From assembly GCF_000711695.1 (NCBI RefSeq), contig NW_013547021.1:1-64000 (forward strand): DNA of 64,000 nucleotides, written 5' to 3'. Both the position numbers and the translations under genes were made by a program. Positions 36,785 to 50,319 of this stretch are shown here, one piece after another (within the stretch, counting starts at the first letter, position 1; each line of letters begins with the position of its first letter). Source of the stretch: Tilletiaria anomala UBC 951. Taxonomy: Eukaryota. The notes below the pieces were generated by a model, which made no database searches, had not been told where the DNA came from, and worked only from the letters and a program-made list of their open reading frames with translations.

Positions 36785-39542
36785 ATGGCAGCCAATGGTG
36801 GCACAGGTCTGTCCTACACGCCTTACACGCGAAAGACGCACTCGCGAGGGCCATCAACGGCTAGCTTCACTTCTTCGGTACAGGACGTCGCGCCCGCTTC
36901 GAGTGCTGCCCCCGTTGCGCCTTCGCATGCAGGCGCAACATCTTCATCTCTCCTCGATGAATCTCCATCTCAACCACAACAGCAGCAGCAGAATGGGCGC
37001 TCAGCGCCGTCTTTGGGAGCAGGGCAAATTACAAGCCAGCCACTGACTGGCGGCGCGTTGCGTGTGGCCGTGCCGTTGGGGACAAGGGGGGCCCAAGTAA
37101 ATGGAGCCCTCGCACTGGGGCGTGGCCCTTCTAGCGTTGCGTCAGGAAGTGCACCGCCGCCGCTTCGGAGGATCTCCGAGATACGCAAGGCAGCTGCGAC
37201 GACAGCTCAGCCTCGGACACCCGCAAAGGCGAAAGCAAAGTCTTCAAAGAACGACATGCTCCCGCACGTGACCCCTGCATCGTCCTCTTCTTCGGCGTCC
37301 GCCTCCGAATCACAGCTATCGCCCAACTTGAAAGCGGCAGTGCAAGCCGTATATGCAAGCGCAAATGCATCGGTTTCGTTTTCGCGTTCTGGGTCGCCTC
37401 CACCAAGCGCGAGCGCGATGCGGCACGACCCGATGCGGCACCATCGCGCTACATCAAGCATCGGGAGCAGCGGCACAAACACTCCTTATCCGCTCTCGCT
37501 TCCGCCGACGAACATGAATGCACATTCCGCTTCGTCGTCGCTTTATACCTCGCTCGTGAACGACCCGATCCCGATCCCCTCTGGTCCAGCACTAGGACAG
37601 GTATCCACTTCAGCTTCCGCCGATCCGCCAGGACAGACCACCAGCCGCACAGACGCCTCTACAAGACAAACAGGCCTCACCGGCGCATATTCAGAAGCCA
37701 ACGGCCGCTTAACGAGTTACCGCCCCGGCTTCCAGGCGCGCGGCGTCTACCGCGTGCTCACTGAGGAGTTCGAAGCGGCGCGCCGCCAGTCGCGCAGCGC
37801 ACAGGAGCGGCGCAGGGCCGAGCTGGCTGAGGAGCGTTTGACGAGGCGGCTCGAGAAACTGCTCGCAATACATTTGCAAGCGAGCGATGCCGTGCGCGCG
37901 GAGGCGCTCGCAAAGACAAGGGCGCGCCGTGACGCGCGTGCGGCTGGTGCCGCCGGTGTCGCTGGCGACAACGGGGAGAAAGAAATCGCGAGTTCTGTGC
38001 GAGGCGTCGCCGGTAACGTCTGGTCTACGTTGCGCTTTCGTGCCAGCCAGCTCGCCTCATCGCTTGAGGACCCGGAAAAGGTCTACCTCCGCACCAAGGA
38101 GCAGGAGATCGTGCATTGGGAAGACGACAAGGCGGCCAAGCGCTGTCCGATCTGCAACACGCCCTTCAGCCTCGCTGTGCGCAAGCATCATTGCAGACTG
38201 TGTGGGAGGGTCGTCTGCGCGTCGCCGCAGCTGACGCGCTTTGCACCCATGGAAAGAGCTTCTGCGGTGGCAGGGCAGAAACAGGCCCAGCAGAACGGCT
38301 CAGGGCCGGGCGACGGCCACGGGGAGGACAAGGCCTTCAAGTGCTCCGGTCTGGTCCTCGCCGATCCGAAGAGCATGCGCGTGTCCTCTTTCTTCGTCAG
38401 TAGTCAACCAGGTGGCGGCAGCGACCCCGGCTCCGCTAGCCCAAGCCTCGACGTCGTATCAGAAAAAGCCCCCCAGCAGATGTCGACAGATTTTTTACGC
38501 ATCCGCATCTGCCGCGAATGCAGGGATACTGTCTGTAAGCGGCAATACATGTTGGACGACGGGAACCGGGTTCCAATGTACCTCAAGCTGTACGAGGCGC
38601 TTATGCGCTTGCAGCGCGAGATTGAGGAGAGTCTGCCGGAGTTCCAGGAGATGGTGTTGGGCTTGCAGTGAGTGCCTCTTCGTGATGGTCGAAGAAGCGT
38701 GTATTTCCTCATGTCTCACGTGTTCTACCGCAGAAAGCAAGATGCGAACGCGACACTCGGCGTCGAAGAGGGCGTCCTGACGGTAGCGCAGGGTAACAGC
38801 AGTGGCGGCAGTGATGCAGCACAAATCAAACAGCAGCAAGTCAATGTACGCATGATGCTCGCTCTGCAGAAGGACGCAGCGGCGGCGCGCAAGCAGCTGC
38901 TGGCCAACTTTGCGAATTATGACGCGCTGGCAAGGCGAATACGCTCCTTGCCGCCTGAGGACTCAGGACCGTTTGGGGGCGCTAGCGGTCGGCCTGCGGC
39001 ATCGACGGACCAGGCGCAGGAAAGGCTTCAGCAGGCAGTTTGGACGCGGGCGAACCTCTTCTTGCAGCAGAACGTGAGTGAGCGATATAGATATGCTCTG
39101 GAAAAGAAAGAGGCAGATATCTGATTTGAGGTGTTATGGTACACAGATGTTCCCGTTACAAGCGCTGCCCAAGTTTGTGGCATCCAAAAAGGAAGGCATC
39201 GGCAGTCCAACCTCGTCAGCGACCTCAACGCCTCCGCTTGGTGGTGCAGCAAAACTATCCGAGGGTGCTGTCGCTATCAACGGCGGCGGTGGCGGCAGCA
39301 ACGACGCATCGCACACAGTCGGAGCCCTGCGACAGCAGCTGTCTGTTCTTTTGGAGCAAGAGGAGCTTGTCGCGTCGTACGTTGACAGCGCGAACAAGGC
39401 TCGCAAATTCGACGATGCGAGGAGCTTGCGGATGAGCTTGGATGAGCTGCGCAAGGAGATCGTGCAGATCAGACGCCAGCTCGGTATACCGCCTGCGGGT
39501 GCTTCGGGTGGCGCAAAGACTGGCAAAAAAGCTCGTCGATAG
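36785..39542 (+). CDS. PEP7: FYVE-domain Rab5 effector Pep7/Vac1 (rabenosyn-5-like); 3 exons
   Basis: WEDD..CPIC..FSLAVRKHHCRLCGRVVC...RICREC FYVE finger; RLEKL coiled coil; C-terminal Rab-binding helix pair LLEQEELV..A.KARKFDDA.SL..SLDELRKEI. Confidence 0.88.
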
Positions 39543-39656
39543 CTGTCCCTCTTTGGCGCTGTCTCGCCCCATGTATGTAGCAGGGGTGAGAATTTCGCAT
39601 TGCCAGCAGCCATTTGCTTCGCTTGGGTCGTTCTACTCTCTGCGCTTTGAAGCGGC

Positions 39657-40188
39657 TCACACTTCGCCTGCCTGGGCCTGTGCTGCTGTTAGCGTCTGTA
39701 TGCGCACGATTTCGTTTTTCTTGGTCTCCATTTTGCTTTCTGCTGCCTGGATTAGCTGGTCCGTCCGCTTCCTGGTCATCAAAGATTTAAGCATCACCTC
39801 GCTAGTCAGGGCCCCGGCATTGAAACGATCGCCCGAAAAATTGACGGGACTAAACTCACATATCGCCGCGGATCAGCTCAAGCCGCTTCTCGACATTCTG
39901 CTTCGCTTCGTTTTGCTCTTGCAGCAGCAGGGCCGTGCCTACCAGCTTGTAGATCTTCTCATTCAGTGACAGCTTTTGGAACTCTTTCGCAACGGCCTCA
40001 TTCTCGTTTGATTGGGCTTCCAGCTTCTGCCTTGACTCGATCAGATTGGACAGCTCTGCAGTGAGCAAAAAAACAGGTTGTCAGCAACTTTCAAAACAAG
40101 TTGTGACGAGGCGTCACTAATAACCTCTTTGAAGAGTTTGGAACTCGTTGGACAGCTTGGCCAGCTGCTCTTGTTGTTGGGCTCTCAT
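39657..40188 (-). CDS. YKE2: Prefoldin subunit 6 (Yke2/Gim1); 3 exons
   Basis: MRAQQQEQLAKLSNEFQTLQRELSNLIESRQKLEAQSNENEAVAKEF..IYKLVG.ALL.QEQNEAKQNVEKRLELI..|KRTDQLI..KKNEIVRIQ. Confidence 0.92.
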
Positions 40189-40759
40189 TTTTCCGTGAGC
40201 TCGAGTCTCTTTCGTTTGCGTATCAGCGCTTGAAAGATAGCACTACAATTCTCACGTGGACAAGGCTGATAGAGTGACGCCGTAAAGCTCGTCTATTCAT
40301 CAGACGGAAGTATCAAGAAAGTGTGCATGTCGCGGCATTTCGTATTGGATCTTGGAAGTTGAAATGCGCTTCACGCATTCACACCCCCAGGCGGAAGTCT
40401 CGCATCTCCAGTATGTACTCTTTGTTATGCACGACCGCTATGTCACCGAGACACTAACCACAGCATTGAGTATGCGCGATCAGACTGCAAACATTAAGCC
40501 TGCCCGCTTTCATCAGAGGTTGACACTTGATAAGGGCATTGGTTTGTCGGAAGCTACACAGAGCAAAGCCCCGCATCCACGACATTTGAGGCGACCGCCC
40601 TTCATGGTGTAGACGCTTTGCAGTCATCTTGGAATTCTGAAAGGAAATCGCATGCACCTGCTAAATTCTCTTCAATCCTGACAGACAGCGAGAAGCGAGA
40701 CAAATTTATGGCTGCCGCCTGCATTGAGTGAGAAGCTAGTCCCGCGCAGAGCCACGTGG

Positions 40760-42490
40760 ACGACTCCTTCGCCCACCTGCTCTTCCTAGCACTCGATGGA
40801 CGAGGCAAGCTGCTGGATCGTGCCGCTCTCTTGGACGCAAGAGACGACGCAGATACCTTATTGGAGCGATCCGGCGTCATCCAAGCCTGTGAACAGCCAG
40901 ACCTTTTCGCCTAGTCCAGCTCCATGCGAAGAATGTCAAACTCTTCCAACCTAATGATAGATCGGTACATTTCCTTGCCCACTACGCTCGCGCTGCCTTG
41001 ACTCTGCTCGTCTCCAGCATCCGTGGCGACGTGCTCACCGTCTCAGCCGTGGGCTTGATATTTGCAAGGCGCTGCGATTCAATTTGGAAGTTCTTCTGGG
41101 GCTTGCTCCTGTACGTCAGCTGGCCACCGAACAAGTCGATCGTCTTTGGGTCCGGCTCGGGTCCAAAGGCGGCATTGCTGACGTTGACAGCAGACGCCAT
41201 GCGTTCGGTGATGTTATTGCGAGCAACACGATACAAAAGCAAAGAAAGAAGGCTATGACAGTTACAGACAAAACGGCAGATACTCCCGAATTCTGCCACT
41301 TACCCGCTCAACCACATGTGCACCGTGTCGGCAGGAGCAAAAATGAACTGTTCCGGCTCGAGGCCAGCGCAGTTTCATGAACAGAGGGGCATACAGCATG
41401 CCCACGTCTCCAGGGCACTGTCTATGGGAGTCCTTGACGAATTCAAAGCAAGTGCAGACGTGTTGATCGTCGCTTTCGCCTGCGCCTCTGCGCTGCGCTT
41501 TGTCCGAGCCTTCCACAACCCGAACAACACTCTCATTGACTAATGGCTTTTCAGCAACCACCAGTCGCGTGCTAAAGAAGGGCAATAAAGCTGTTCTATT
41601 TGTCTCTTTGCTTTTGAGACTGCTGCGCCTTGGGCAGGAACTCGTTCACGGGCTTGACAACATCCTCCCAGAGGTGCGTCGTATCCTTGTGCTGCAGCAG
41701 CAGCACCTCATTGAGCCTCGGGTTCCCCTCGCCGCCCTGCACGCTCTCGACCTGTCGTACATGGCTCCTCTCCGCCGCAGCCCACTTGACGAGGCGTTCC
41801 GCGCCGCCGTAAACGTGTGACATGGCAGCTAGGCGCTTCGCGATAAAGCACAGCTCACTGAAGCCGACAAAGCCAAGGGAAGTCGTTGATGACAAGGGCA
41901 ATTTCCGGCTTGTGCACGCCGTCGAACAGCGTCACGTCCGCCGCTTCTACGCTGCCGTGCGCGCCTTTCTCCTGTTTTGCCATCTTGCGGCCGATTGCAG
42001 GGTGCACACACGCGCCATACGTCCCGTGCCTGTTCGTCTGCTACTGTTGCTACTGCAAAGTCCACGATGCATGCGTGTCGACGCCCTTGAGTCTGGCTAC
42101 GCGCTCGGAGGGCGGGTGCGCCTGTAGCGGCAGCGCGTTGCTGGCGGAGAGCACTTTGAAAATGAATAGCATGCCGCCGTGCTCTCCATGTGCGAGGTAT
42201 GGCATGCGCTCCAGCGTCGTAGGCCGATGTGCTTGGCAGTAGCGGTAGCGTCGGACCCAGAGGAAACCAGCAGATCGGACAAGAGGTTCCCGGCGGCTGC
42301 TGAGCCACTTTGAACTGGAAAGTTGGACAACAGTCGAGAAGTTCCTTTGGCATGCGTTGTGTCCATGCAAAGCTGTTGGCAACACCGCCATTATGGGCTG
42401 AGCTTACGATCCGACTGATTCTCGAACCTCGAACCGTACGTGCATACTTACCTCGGCGAACGGCTTGTCCTTGCAAACCGTATTCACACC
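40760..42490 (-). pseudogene. Type I mannose-6-phosphate isomerase (PMI) paralogue, decayed
   Basis: FIFKVLSASNALPLQAHP followed shortly by a stop; HKPEIAL then a frameshift to LGFVGF; GDVG..APLFM; PADTVHMWLSG; ITERMASAVNV (~IIECMA.SDNV, Cys lost); LEEFDIL. Boundaries approximate. Confidence 0.87.
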
Positions 42491-44280
42491 GTCGCCTTGG
42501 TCGTTTCTCTTGTTCCGTCCCTCGTCCCAGCTCACTTCCCCCATTTACCTTCCATCGTAGCCGTTGAAACCTGCCGACACAGCAGCATGGTTCACCCTTC
42601 CTTGATCGCCGCCTATCTAGAGTTTCCCTATGAGCGAGGCGTCACCCTTGGGCCAAGACCATGTTCTGGACTGAAGAACGGACCCACAAAAGGCTGTGCG
42701 ACTCAGATGCCTCACCGATCGCTGATGCTAGCATCGTGTCGTTCGTTCATTGAAAGCGTCACCCTGGAAGCCTGTGATGAAGAAACTACGAGTTCAAGCA
42801 TTTTCGAAAGGAAAAATCCCATGGCACATCTGTACACCCTGTCACCCCTTATATTGCCAACGAGATTGTTTGCCACACTGCTAGGCTCATATCGCAGCTC
42901 CAAGACGTTCCATTCGCCATGTTGGGGAAAGAGGCACGCGCCTAGGGGAAGACTTGCCCTAGGAGAGTCGATAAATCCTGCATATCAGGGTCACGCTTCG
43001 CTTTGGTTCATGTCCCGCAGGGGTCCATCCCAGAGCGCGTCCTCATTGAACGACCTCTATAACCTTGAGAGCCCGAGGCTATAGGGATTGGGCTAAGAGA
43101 AAGGGTCCGGTGAGGTGAACGAGTAATTGCTGTCTCCGCCCGTGACCAGGCCCCCAATGTGAACGCTTGAAAATGGCCCAAGAGTCTTCTCACGTCGAGG
43201 AGCCTGATTCCTGATGAGAAATCGCAAGACCAGTTGACGCAGATAGCAGCGATAGATGGATCATTTCCTGCAGTATGGGTCCTTTTCCGGCGGCGCGAAT
43301 AAATACGATGATAGGAAAACGAAAGCTAGAAAAAGAGAAGTGGAAGATCTAGATAAAGTGGGGAGGAGAGCGCGTGATCATTAATATAACCCCAGCCGGT
43401 GCAGACAAAGAAGAGAAGTCCTAATCAAGGCGCCCATGCAAACAGACCTATTTTATTGTTTTAGGGTTGTGCAGGGCAGACCAGGTGCCAAGATCTGCTC
43501 GCTCCCCTTTGCCCCTCTCTTCTTGCTCTTTCACGGTTAGTCTGCACACTGCGCTGCAATGCAGCAACCGGTCCCAGCGCCAGAGCAGTCGGTTTGTGAC
43601 TACGTGTTCCTGAGTCTCGCCCAGAAAACCCCTGCCCCTTGCTACTCGCCGCTTGAGGCACTACAAAGCACCTTGCCAACGCACTGGCTAACAGCCCGGC
43701 AGTGCTCGCACCCTGGGACGGGTTTCACTCTCGACCGTTTGTCTGCTTAACAGTCCCCAGGCACTGACATTGACAGACTGACAGATCAAGTAGGCAACGC
43801 TCCGCTCTCCTATTGCTTTCTTTGGCACCCCTGCATGCTGCAGTTAAAATCAATGGGACTTCACTTGTGCAAGTCTCTGTCACAGCTGCTGGTGAGAAAA
43901 CCGGAGATGTGTAGCGAGGCGCCCCACACTGAACTTTCGATCGTTGAGACCCCCACAGTGGACTTCGCCTGTCGCTCACCGGTCAACTCCTCCGTGCCAC
44001 TGTCGCATCCTTTCTTGGTTCTCTGCCTGACAGATCTGCATCTATTGCACAGCACTTCCTGCCAACTCCCGTCAGCATCAACCATGTCCCTTGTTACTTC
44101 TCCTCCATCACCTTCTCTTGCGACACAGGTTCTTTTCAGCCTTCGACCTTGACATATCCTCTCCTTCGTTGTTGGTATCACGGTTCGGCGCTCACACTCT
44201 TTTACACCTCGTCAACCCCCCGTCGTCCTCGTCCGAACCCGCTGGTCTTCTTCCTCGCCACCTTATTGTCTCTGTCCAAT

Positions 44281-45550
44281 ATGAAGACCGCCACGTTCTC
44301 TTCCCTGCTCGCCCTACTCGCCGCCTCGGCATCCACTGTCGCCGCCACTGGCAACCCTCCAGATGTCTTTGCCGTCAACATCTTGAACCTGTGCGTGGAA
44401 TGTGCGGGTTGCCCCTTGGTTTGTTGTGGCCTCTTCAGACTGACCTTTGCCCTCATCTAGCTACCCGGAGGACTGCCAGTGGGACACGACGCGCAAGCTG
44501 TATTACCAGTCCAACCTGTGGAAGGGCCGTGTCAGTGTGACGGACCCCAAAAACACCGATGCGCACTTCAACGTGCTCATCCCTGGCGTCAGCTCGAACG
44601 GCTACGGCGATCAACAGTTGGCCGGTCTTTCGCTCGACACGCGCACCGCCGCCAAGCGGCTCTACGCAGTCGCCAAGGACAGCAAGGCATTTGACTTCAG
44701 CAATCAGCGCACCGACGGTCCTTCGAGCTTCCACGCATTTAACCTGCCGGTCAATGCCAACTCGCAGCCGACCTGGTCGATCGACTTGAACACGGTCCAG
44801 GAGGAGTTCAAGACGCAGACGGGCACCCGTCCATTCGGGCCCGTCGACTCGGCTGTTGACAGCAAGGGAAACATTTACGTCGTGTTTGAGCTCGGCATCC
44901 CCGCGATTGCCAAGGTCTCGCCGGACGGAAAGACGGTGCAGGCGTGGTACTCGGAGGCGTCGAACGGGAGCCAGCGCCCGGGTTACACGGGCATCACGTA
45001 CAGCGCGTCGGCCAACAAGCTTATCGCATACGGCGGCCCGCGAATCCTGACGACGTTCGACCTCTCCGCCAACGCAGTGTCCGGCCAGGCGAGCATGGCG
45101 CCCGTCAGCGTCAGTGGTAACTATGGCAGCCTGCTCGTCAGCGAGAAGCTCGTCACGGTGCCTTCGCTCGACAGCAGCGGAATCCGGTTGCTCGGCGTCA
45201 AGGCGCCGTACGTCTACTCGTTCAGCTCGCCGGACAACTGGGCCACCGCGTCGTACAAGCGCTACACCCGCCCCGAGTTCAACAACAACACGCTCCTCAA
45301 CGTTTGCGAGGGTGAATTTGGTGGTGGACGCCAGATCTACGGCGTGGTGCGTATCTATCTTTCCACCACTTGTGCTGCTGGTGTGGCTGTGTGCCGAGCT
45401 TGGCCTGCTTGCCTAGCTGACTGACTGACATAACGTCCCGTCTCTTTGTGTTTCCTGCTTTCTCAGGGAGGATATCTGAACGAGGGACCCAAGGGCGGCC
45501 GCAAGGAGTTCCCGATGTATCACCTCCCCGACTCGCTGCTGCAAAAGTGA
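44281..45550 (+). CDS. Secreted TRI14-like (probable beta-propeller) protein; 3 exons
   Basis: Signal peptide MKTATFSSLLALLAASASTVAA; LYPED..WD (joined across intron 1); GLSLD, DSAVDSKGNIYV, IAKVSPDG, GYTGI; last exon GGYLNEGPKGGRKEFPMY..LQK*. The TRI14 family call rests on recalled motifs. Confidence 0.7.
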
Positions 45551-47248
45551 ACCACGCGCAGCGCATCGCATTCGAGGCTGCATGGCTACCGCCATGCTTT
45601 CCCGCCTGCCTGCTGCTGCTTCGCATCATTGGTTTGATATTTTCACAGCCTTTGAGTATGCGATTACTTTTCATCACACGGACTTTTCATCCATCGTTCC
45701 CTTTATCCATGATCCACTCCCCTTCCATTCACCGCCACAGCTGTTGCTGCCGGACCAACAGGGATAGGAAGAAACAACATAGATCCAGTCGCAGATATAC
45801 CATCTCCGGCTCTCGGCACACACAGCTATCCATTCACATTCTCCAGGGCCCATGGACCCTAATCCTCGCATCTCACCCGACCGTCTGATTCTCATGTCAG
45901 ACTATTGCTCATGTATCAACTCAACGACAACCTTCGTTTTATCGGACTGCCGTACAAGTGCCGTTCCCTTTTAGCCCTCTCTCGCGCCCTGTGGATGATA
46001 TCAGATGTGTGCGCTGACTGCCGGGGATCTCAGGATGAGGTGGACTCGCGATTATTGCGCATCTGACATTCTGCAATGTGCGGTTTATGCGCTGCAGCAG
46101 GGGGTTCTCCCATTCTCGTCCGAGCATGAAGGCCAACCCCGACGCTAGAGATGCTGGCCCCCGGGGGTTGTGGGGTGGGGTGAAGGGGGGGGATTCCATT
46201 CATTGTGCAAGTGTGTGATGCGAGATGCTTAAAGAAACGTTGGCGCCCATTGTACAAGCGGCGATGTAGCGATGAAGCTGCTAGGTTCTTTCAGCAGGGA
46301 ACTATGACAAAGGGCTAATATGCACAAGCGATGCGGTGAGCGCATATGGGGGCTCCAACCCTACGTTCGTCTGGCCAGTTTGTTTACTTTTCTCCAGAAG
46401 GTATGTATGTGCTCGTGCCCCAGCGGAGGGAGAAGATGGGAGATCCATGCCGTCCTCCGACCCCGCACGCCCCAATCATATCGTATGCAGTCAGGCTCTG
46501 GACTCTCGGGCAGTATGTGACTGGGAGCCGGAGTGGCTCGCTCCCCCGTCGTTCACTATCTACTGCCTTCTTTTTTGGCGCCGCTCCCGTGCGCTGTGAA
46601 CTGCTGGTCATCCCCTTTTGTCTTACAAGAAAGGTAGTGTATACTTTTATTTGAAGCCGACCATGCTGGATGCTCACTTGACTCTCGACTGTGACCTGTG
46701 GTGCGGTCTGTAGATGTGAACATGGAGTTGTCAAGTAGATGGTGACGTCGTGAGTGGCGTGAAAGTGTGTGTGCGTGAGTGTGAGTGTGCCATGGGACAA
46801 TTTGTGAGACATCAGGAACCCAGGGGTCCGTGAGCGGCTGGCGGCCCTTTGCCAGCCAAGAAGCGGCAGGGCCCTCCCACTCCAACGTCCACAGAGGCCA
46901 CCCGGCACGTGGCCGTTGACATGGTCCCAGCGACGAGACTTAGGTCGTACCAGGCGGGGAGGGCCTTTCTGTGTGGCTCTCCTGACCGGATTCCCCACAC
47001 CCCATATTCTCTGCTGGAGATGGCACTAATTGATGCTTATCCACACTGGCCACTGCTAGTCCACCCCCACACTCATCGTATCTTTCCAATCGCGCTGCAG
47101 AGAACACCTGTGCCGCCAAGCTCGTCATCCATATTGGTCAGCTGTCGAGACGTAATAACCCAACCTCAACCCCACCCTTTCCTCTTTTCCTCTTCCTACA
47201 GACCAGCCACCCCGAAGCGCAAAAACACACCCCCACAGACGGGCCGCC

Positions 47249-49234
47249 ATGGCTTTCACCATCACCACTACCACCGCCCCAGGCGAGCAGTCTCAAGCAG
47301 AAGGGGGGCACGACGCCCCGCGAGAAAGCCAATGCCGCAGGGCCCTTCATCCAACGCAACTATCGCGCCAACCGAGCCCGCCGCAAACTGGGCGGTCTGA
47401 ATCTCGAGCGTCCGATGGGCAGCCGGAATTTCGACTACTTTCGTAAGGCTAAGAAAGCCCGTACTGAGCAAGCGGCGACCGATGGCAGCGAACAGTAGCA
47501 GCAACAAAGGAGGAACCCAGGCAAGCACGATGAAACAATGGACAGCTCGGCACGGTGGTCGGACACCGACTAGCGCATGCGCTAGGAAAAGCTAAACAAG
47601 GAAGCGCTCAAGGGCGACGAGATGAACGACGCAGGGAATTGCTGAAAGCTTAGGGTTTTCGTTGCTTAGCAGCTTACCAGCTATGCACCGCCTGTGGCAG
47701 AGCGGAATGGCGAAAGCGGGGGCGATGACGATAGGACCCATGAGCCAGTTGAAAGTGGGCTGTCGCTGGGGGATCAGGCGCAGTGAGTCCCGCAGCCTGA
47801 GTTGCAGGGATAATCTTCCAAAGACAAGCCTTCCAGGTCGAACGAGGTTGCATGGACCGAACCCGACAGCAGGGTTGGCGACTGTGAGCCTGATGCCAAT
47901 ACCGACGGACGTGTCAACAACATTTCGTTGATCTCTGCGTCGCAGCAGCGCGGACTGCGCATGATGGAGCGCTGGCCTGGAGGGGTGGAAGCGCAGGAGC
48001 TGCCCAAGACGATGGAGGCGCAGTGCTGGCTCGAATCGTCGATTCCAAGCACCAATACCGAGGCAACCTGAAGCAGTACCACACCGCGTGGAATGAGAGT
48101 GACGCCAAGGTCAATTTCTTCTGCTGGTTCGACCACGGCGACGGCTGACACCTCGACCCGCCGGACTACCCACACAAGCAACTGGACTCCGAGTGAATCA
48201 CGTACCTCAGCGCCAACCAGCGGCGCAACTACGTCGACGATGTCGTTGCGCGCGATGGCAAGCTGAACTGGCGCAGGAGCGGCAGGGCCGCCGATAGGAC
48301 CCGCGGGCGCTGGAAGAACTTCGGCGAAGGGTGCGGCATCGCGGAGGTCGGCGAGGAGAAGAATAGGGGCGAAAGCGCATCTACAACGAAAAGCGGCGCG
48401 CCGGAGCATCGTCTGCCACGTCCTGTGTGTCTTCTGGTGCGACGCCATTGCCGTTCACCTCTTCGTCTGCCAGCAGCAGCGACAGGGAAGGTGAGGGGCT
48501 GGGGGCCTATCGTCCGCTGAGGAAAAGGCGCAGGCCATGCAATACAGCGGGCCGTAATCTGCGCGCGCTTACGAGGGCTGGTCTGGTCGATCGACTGCTC
48601 GGGAAGGCGGTGCAGGCCAACACCTGGTGAGTTGCATTTGTCGTAGGCGCACGGCGCTGCCTGGGCTGCATGCTGACGAGAACGTCTTTTGACTCGGCCT
48701 GCGTGACCTGTCTACCTTTGGGCTGGCCTGGTGCAGGAACTACGTTTTCAATGTCCTCAAGGATCTGTACGTTGGCATCAAGCAGACCGGCAAGGTCTAG
48801 GGAGTGCAAGCTGCCTATTGCCCTCCCAGGCGCCAGATGCCTGACCTCTGGCCGTCATGTGAGCAATCGCCTTGTGCAACAGGCACTCATCGTTCTTCTT
48901 CCGCGGCGGCGTCCTCTCGGCAGGCCTGCTGCAAGTGAAGAATGGACAGCTGCTCTTGCTGTCCCCGCTTTCTGGGAACTACGGCGCCGGCACGGCGCAG
49001 TTCCGCCAGTTTGTTCGTATGCTACAAGCAAAAGGCATCGACCTAAGCCATGTCCAGCTGAGCAAGAATTTGACCATTCTCGGCGCGCTGGAGAAGAATA
49101 GGCGCTTGAAGAAGCGCATCAAGGTGGGCGGGAAGGAGAAGACCGAGCGCAGAGGGAAACATGTGGCAAAGGAGCAGGGCAGAGGGCACATAGAGGACGG
49201 AAGGAAGACTCCGTTGCATCTTCGCTTGATCTAG
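47249..49234 (+). pseudogene. IQM-family (IQ calmodulin-binding) protein, decayed
   Basis: WLE (frameshift ~48036) VDSKHQYRGNLKQYH.AW..NFFCWFDHGDG*...LDSE*ITYLS..R.NY...DGKLNW, with stops at 48146-48148 and 48194-48196; then YVGIK.TG, HSSF...SAGLL.VKNG.L..LSPLSGNY (~SGHY). 5' boundary uncertain. Confidence 0.87.
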
Positions 49235-50319
49235 AAGGTCAAAGTGAGTGCCTGATGAACCGCAAGGAGCCGCAACATACTCCTTCGACCCACGGCCCTT
49301 CTCCGGCTCCCACATGCTTCATTAGCTACTCTGATCTCAACACAGCGGCTTCAGATTCCCCCACGCAAGTTTGTCGCTCGCACACGTCGCAGCCCTTGTA
49401 CATATCCATCAGCTTCGCTCCCTATCTTTGTTTCGGTCTCTATCTCTGCATCCATAGATACTCCATATATGTCGCAGGGGTTTCCCCTTGTTCCTCGCGG
49501 GCACGACGATCTGCTCTGACTCATCATGCCTGCTAGCGAGCAGGTTTGCTTTCCTTATTTACACGACACTCCAACTCGAAGATACGTGCAGAGCGAGAAA
49601 GAGACGGACATTCGGTGCAATTACTGCCGGTGGCTGTGGACGGGGGGCAGTCGAGAGTTGTCACAGCATCTGGTGTCGCGTGTTATGCCGCCACCAACGA
49701 GCGAAGCGATATGAGCACCATCCACACCTCCCTGCCGAGACGCAAGTGTTCAAGACAGCTTGGTAGTGGAGAGGTCTGCGATGTCATTCTTCTCTTTCCA
49801 CTCAGCTTACGAGCGCGTGGTCAGCCGCACCGGCAGTCTGCTAGCCACGGGCAACCCAGCAGCACGCACATATGGCCAGGTACCCCGTCATCGCCCCTTT
49901 CCGCGCTCAAGCCCAGCTCGCCCTCCTTGCCAACAGGCAAGATTCACCCCCAACAGCCTCGCAAGAATCGCAACGCAGGATTTCATATATAGCGCAGCAC
50001 GGATGGCTGGCCTTCAATGAGCATGCCCGCTTGGTCGCTCGGTTATCATCCCGATACGCTACTACTGCCGCTGTCGTCGTCTTCGTCGTGCAAGGCATTT
50101 AACCACCGCCACGCTGGGCGAGGCCAAGCGTGCAGAAACACCAGACGGCGCCTTTTCCTTCTCGTCGCCACTATCGATGCGAGACTCTAGCGGGGCAAGG
50201 GTTAGGCCATAGCTCCTGACTATGGCCGCACATCCGCATCAGCCTCGTCCTCGTCTTCAGTATCAGCGTTAGCGCCGCAGCCAGCTGAGCACTCCTCGCC
50301 ATCCGCAAATTACAAGCTC

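Noticed and set aside
24900..39542. RCY1, RAD6 and PEP7 as a functional trafficking/ubiquitin cluster
   Set aside because: Interspersed with unrelated genes and no shared regulatory motif seen; ordinary synteny suffices.
42941..42963. Small inverted repeat cctaggg...ccctagg
   Set aside because: A 7-bp stem is expected by chance; no associated element ends or target duplication.
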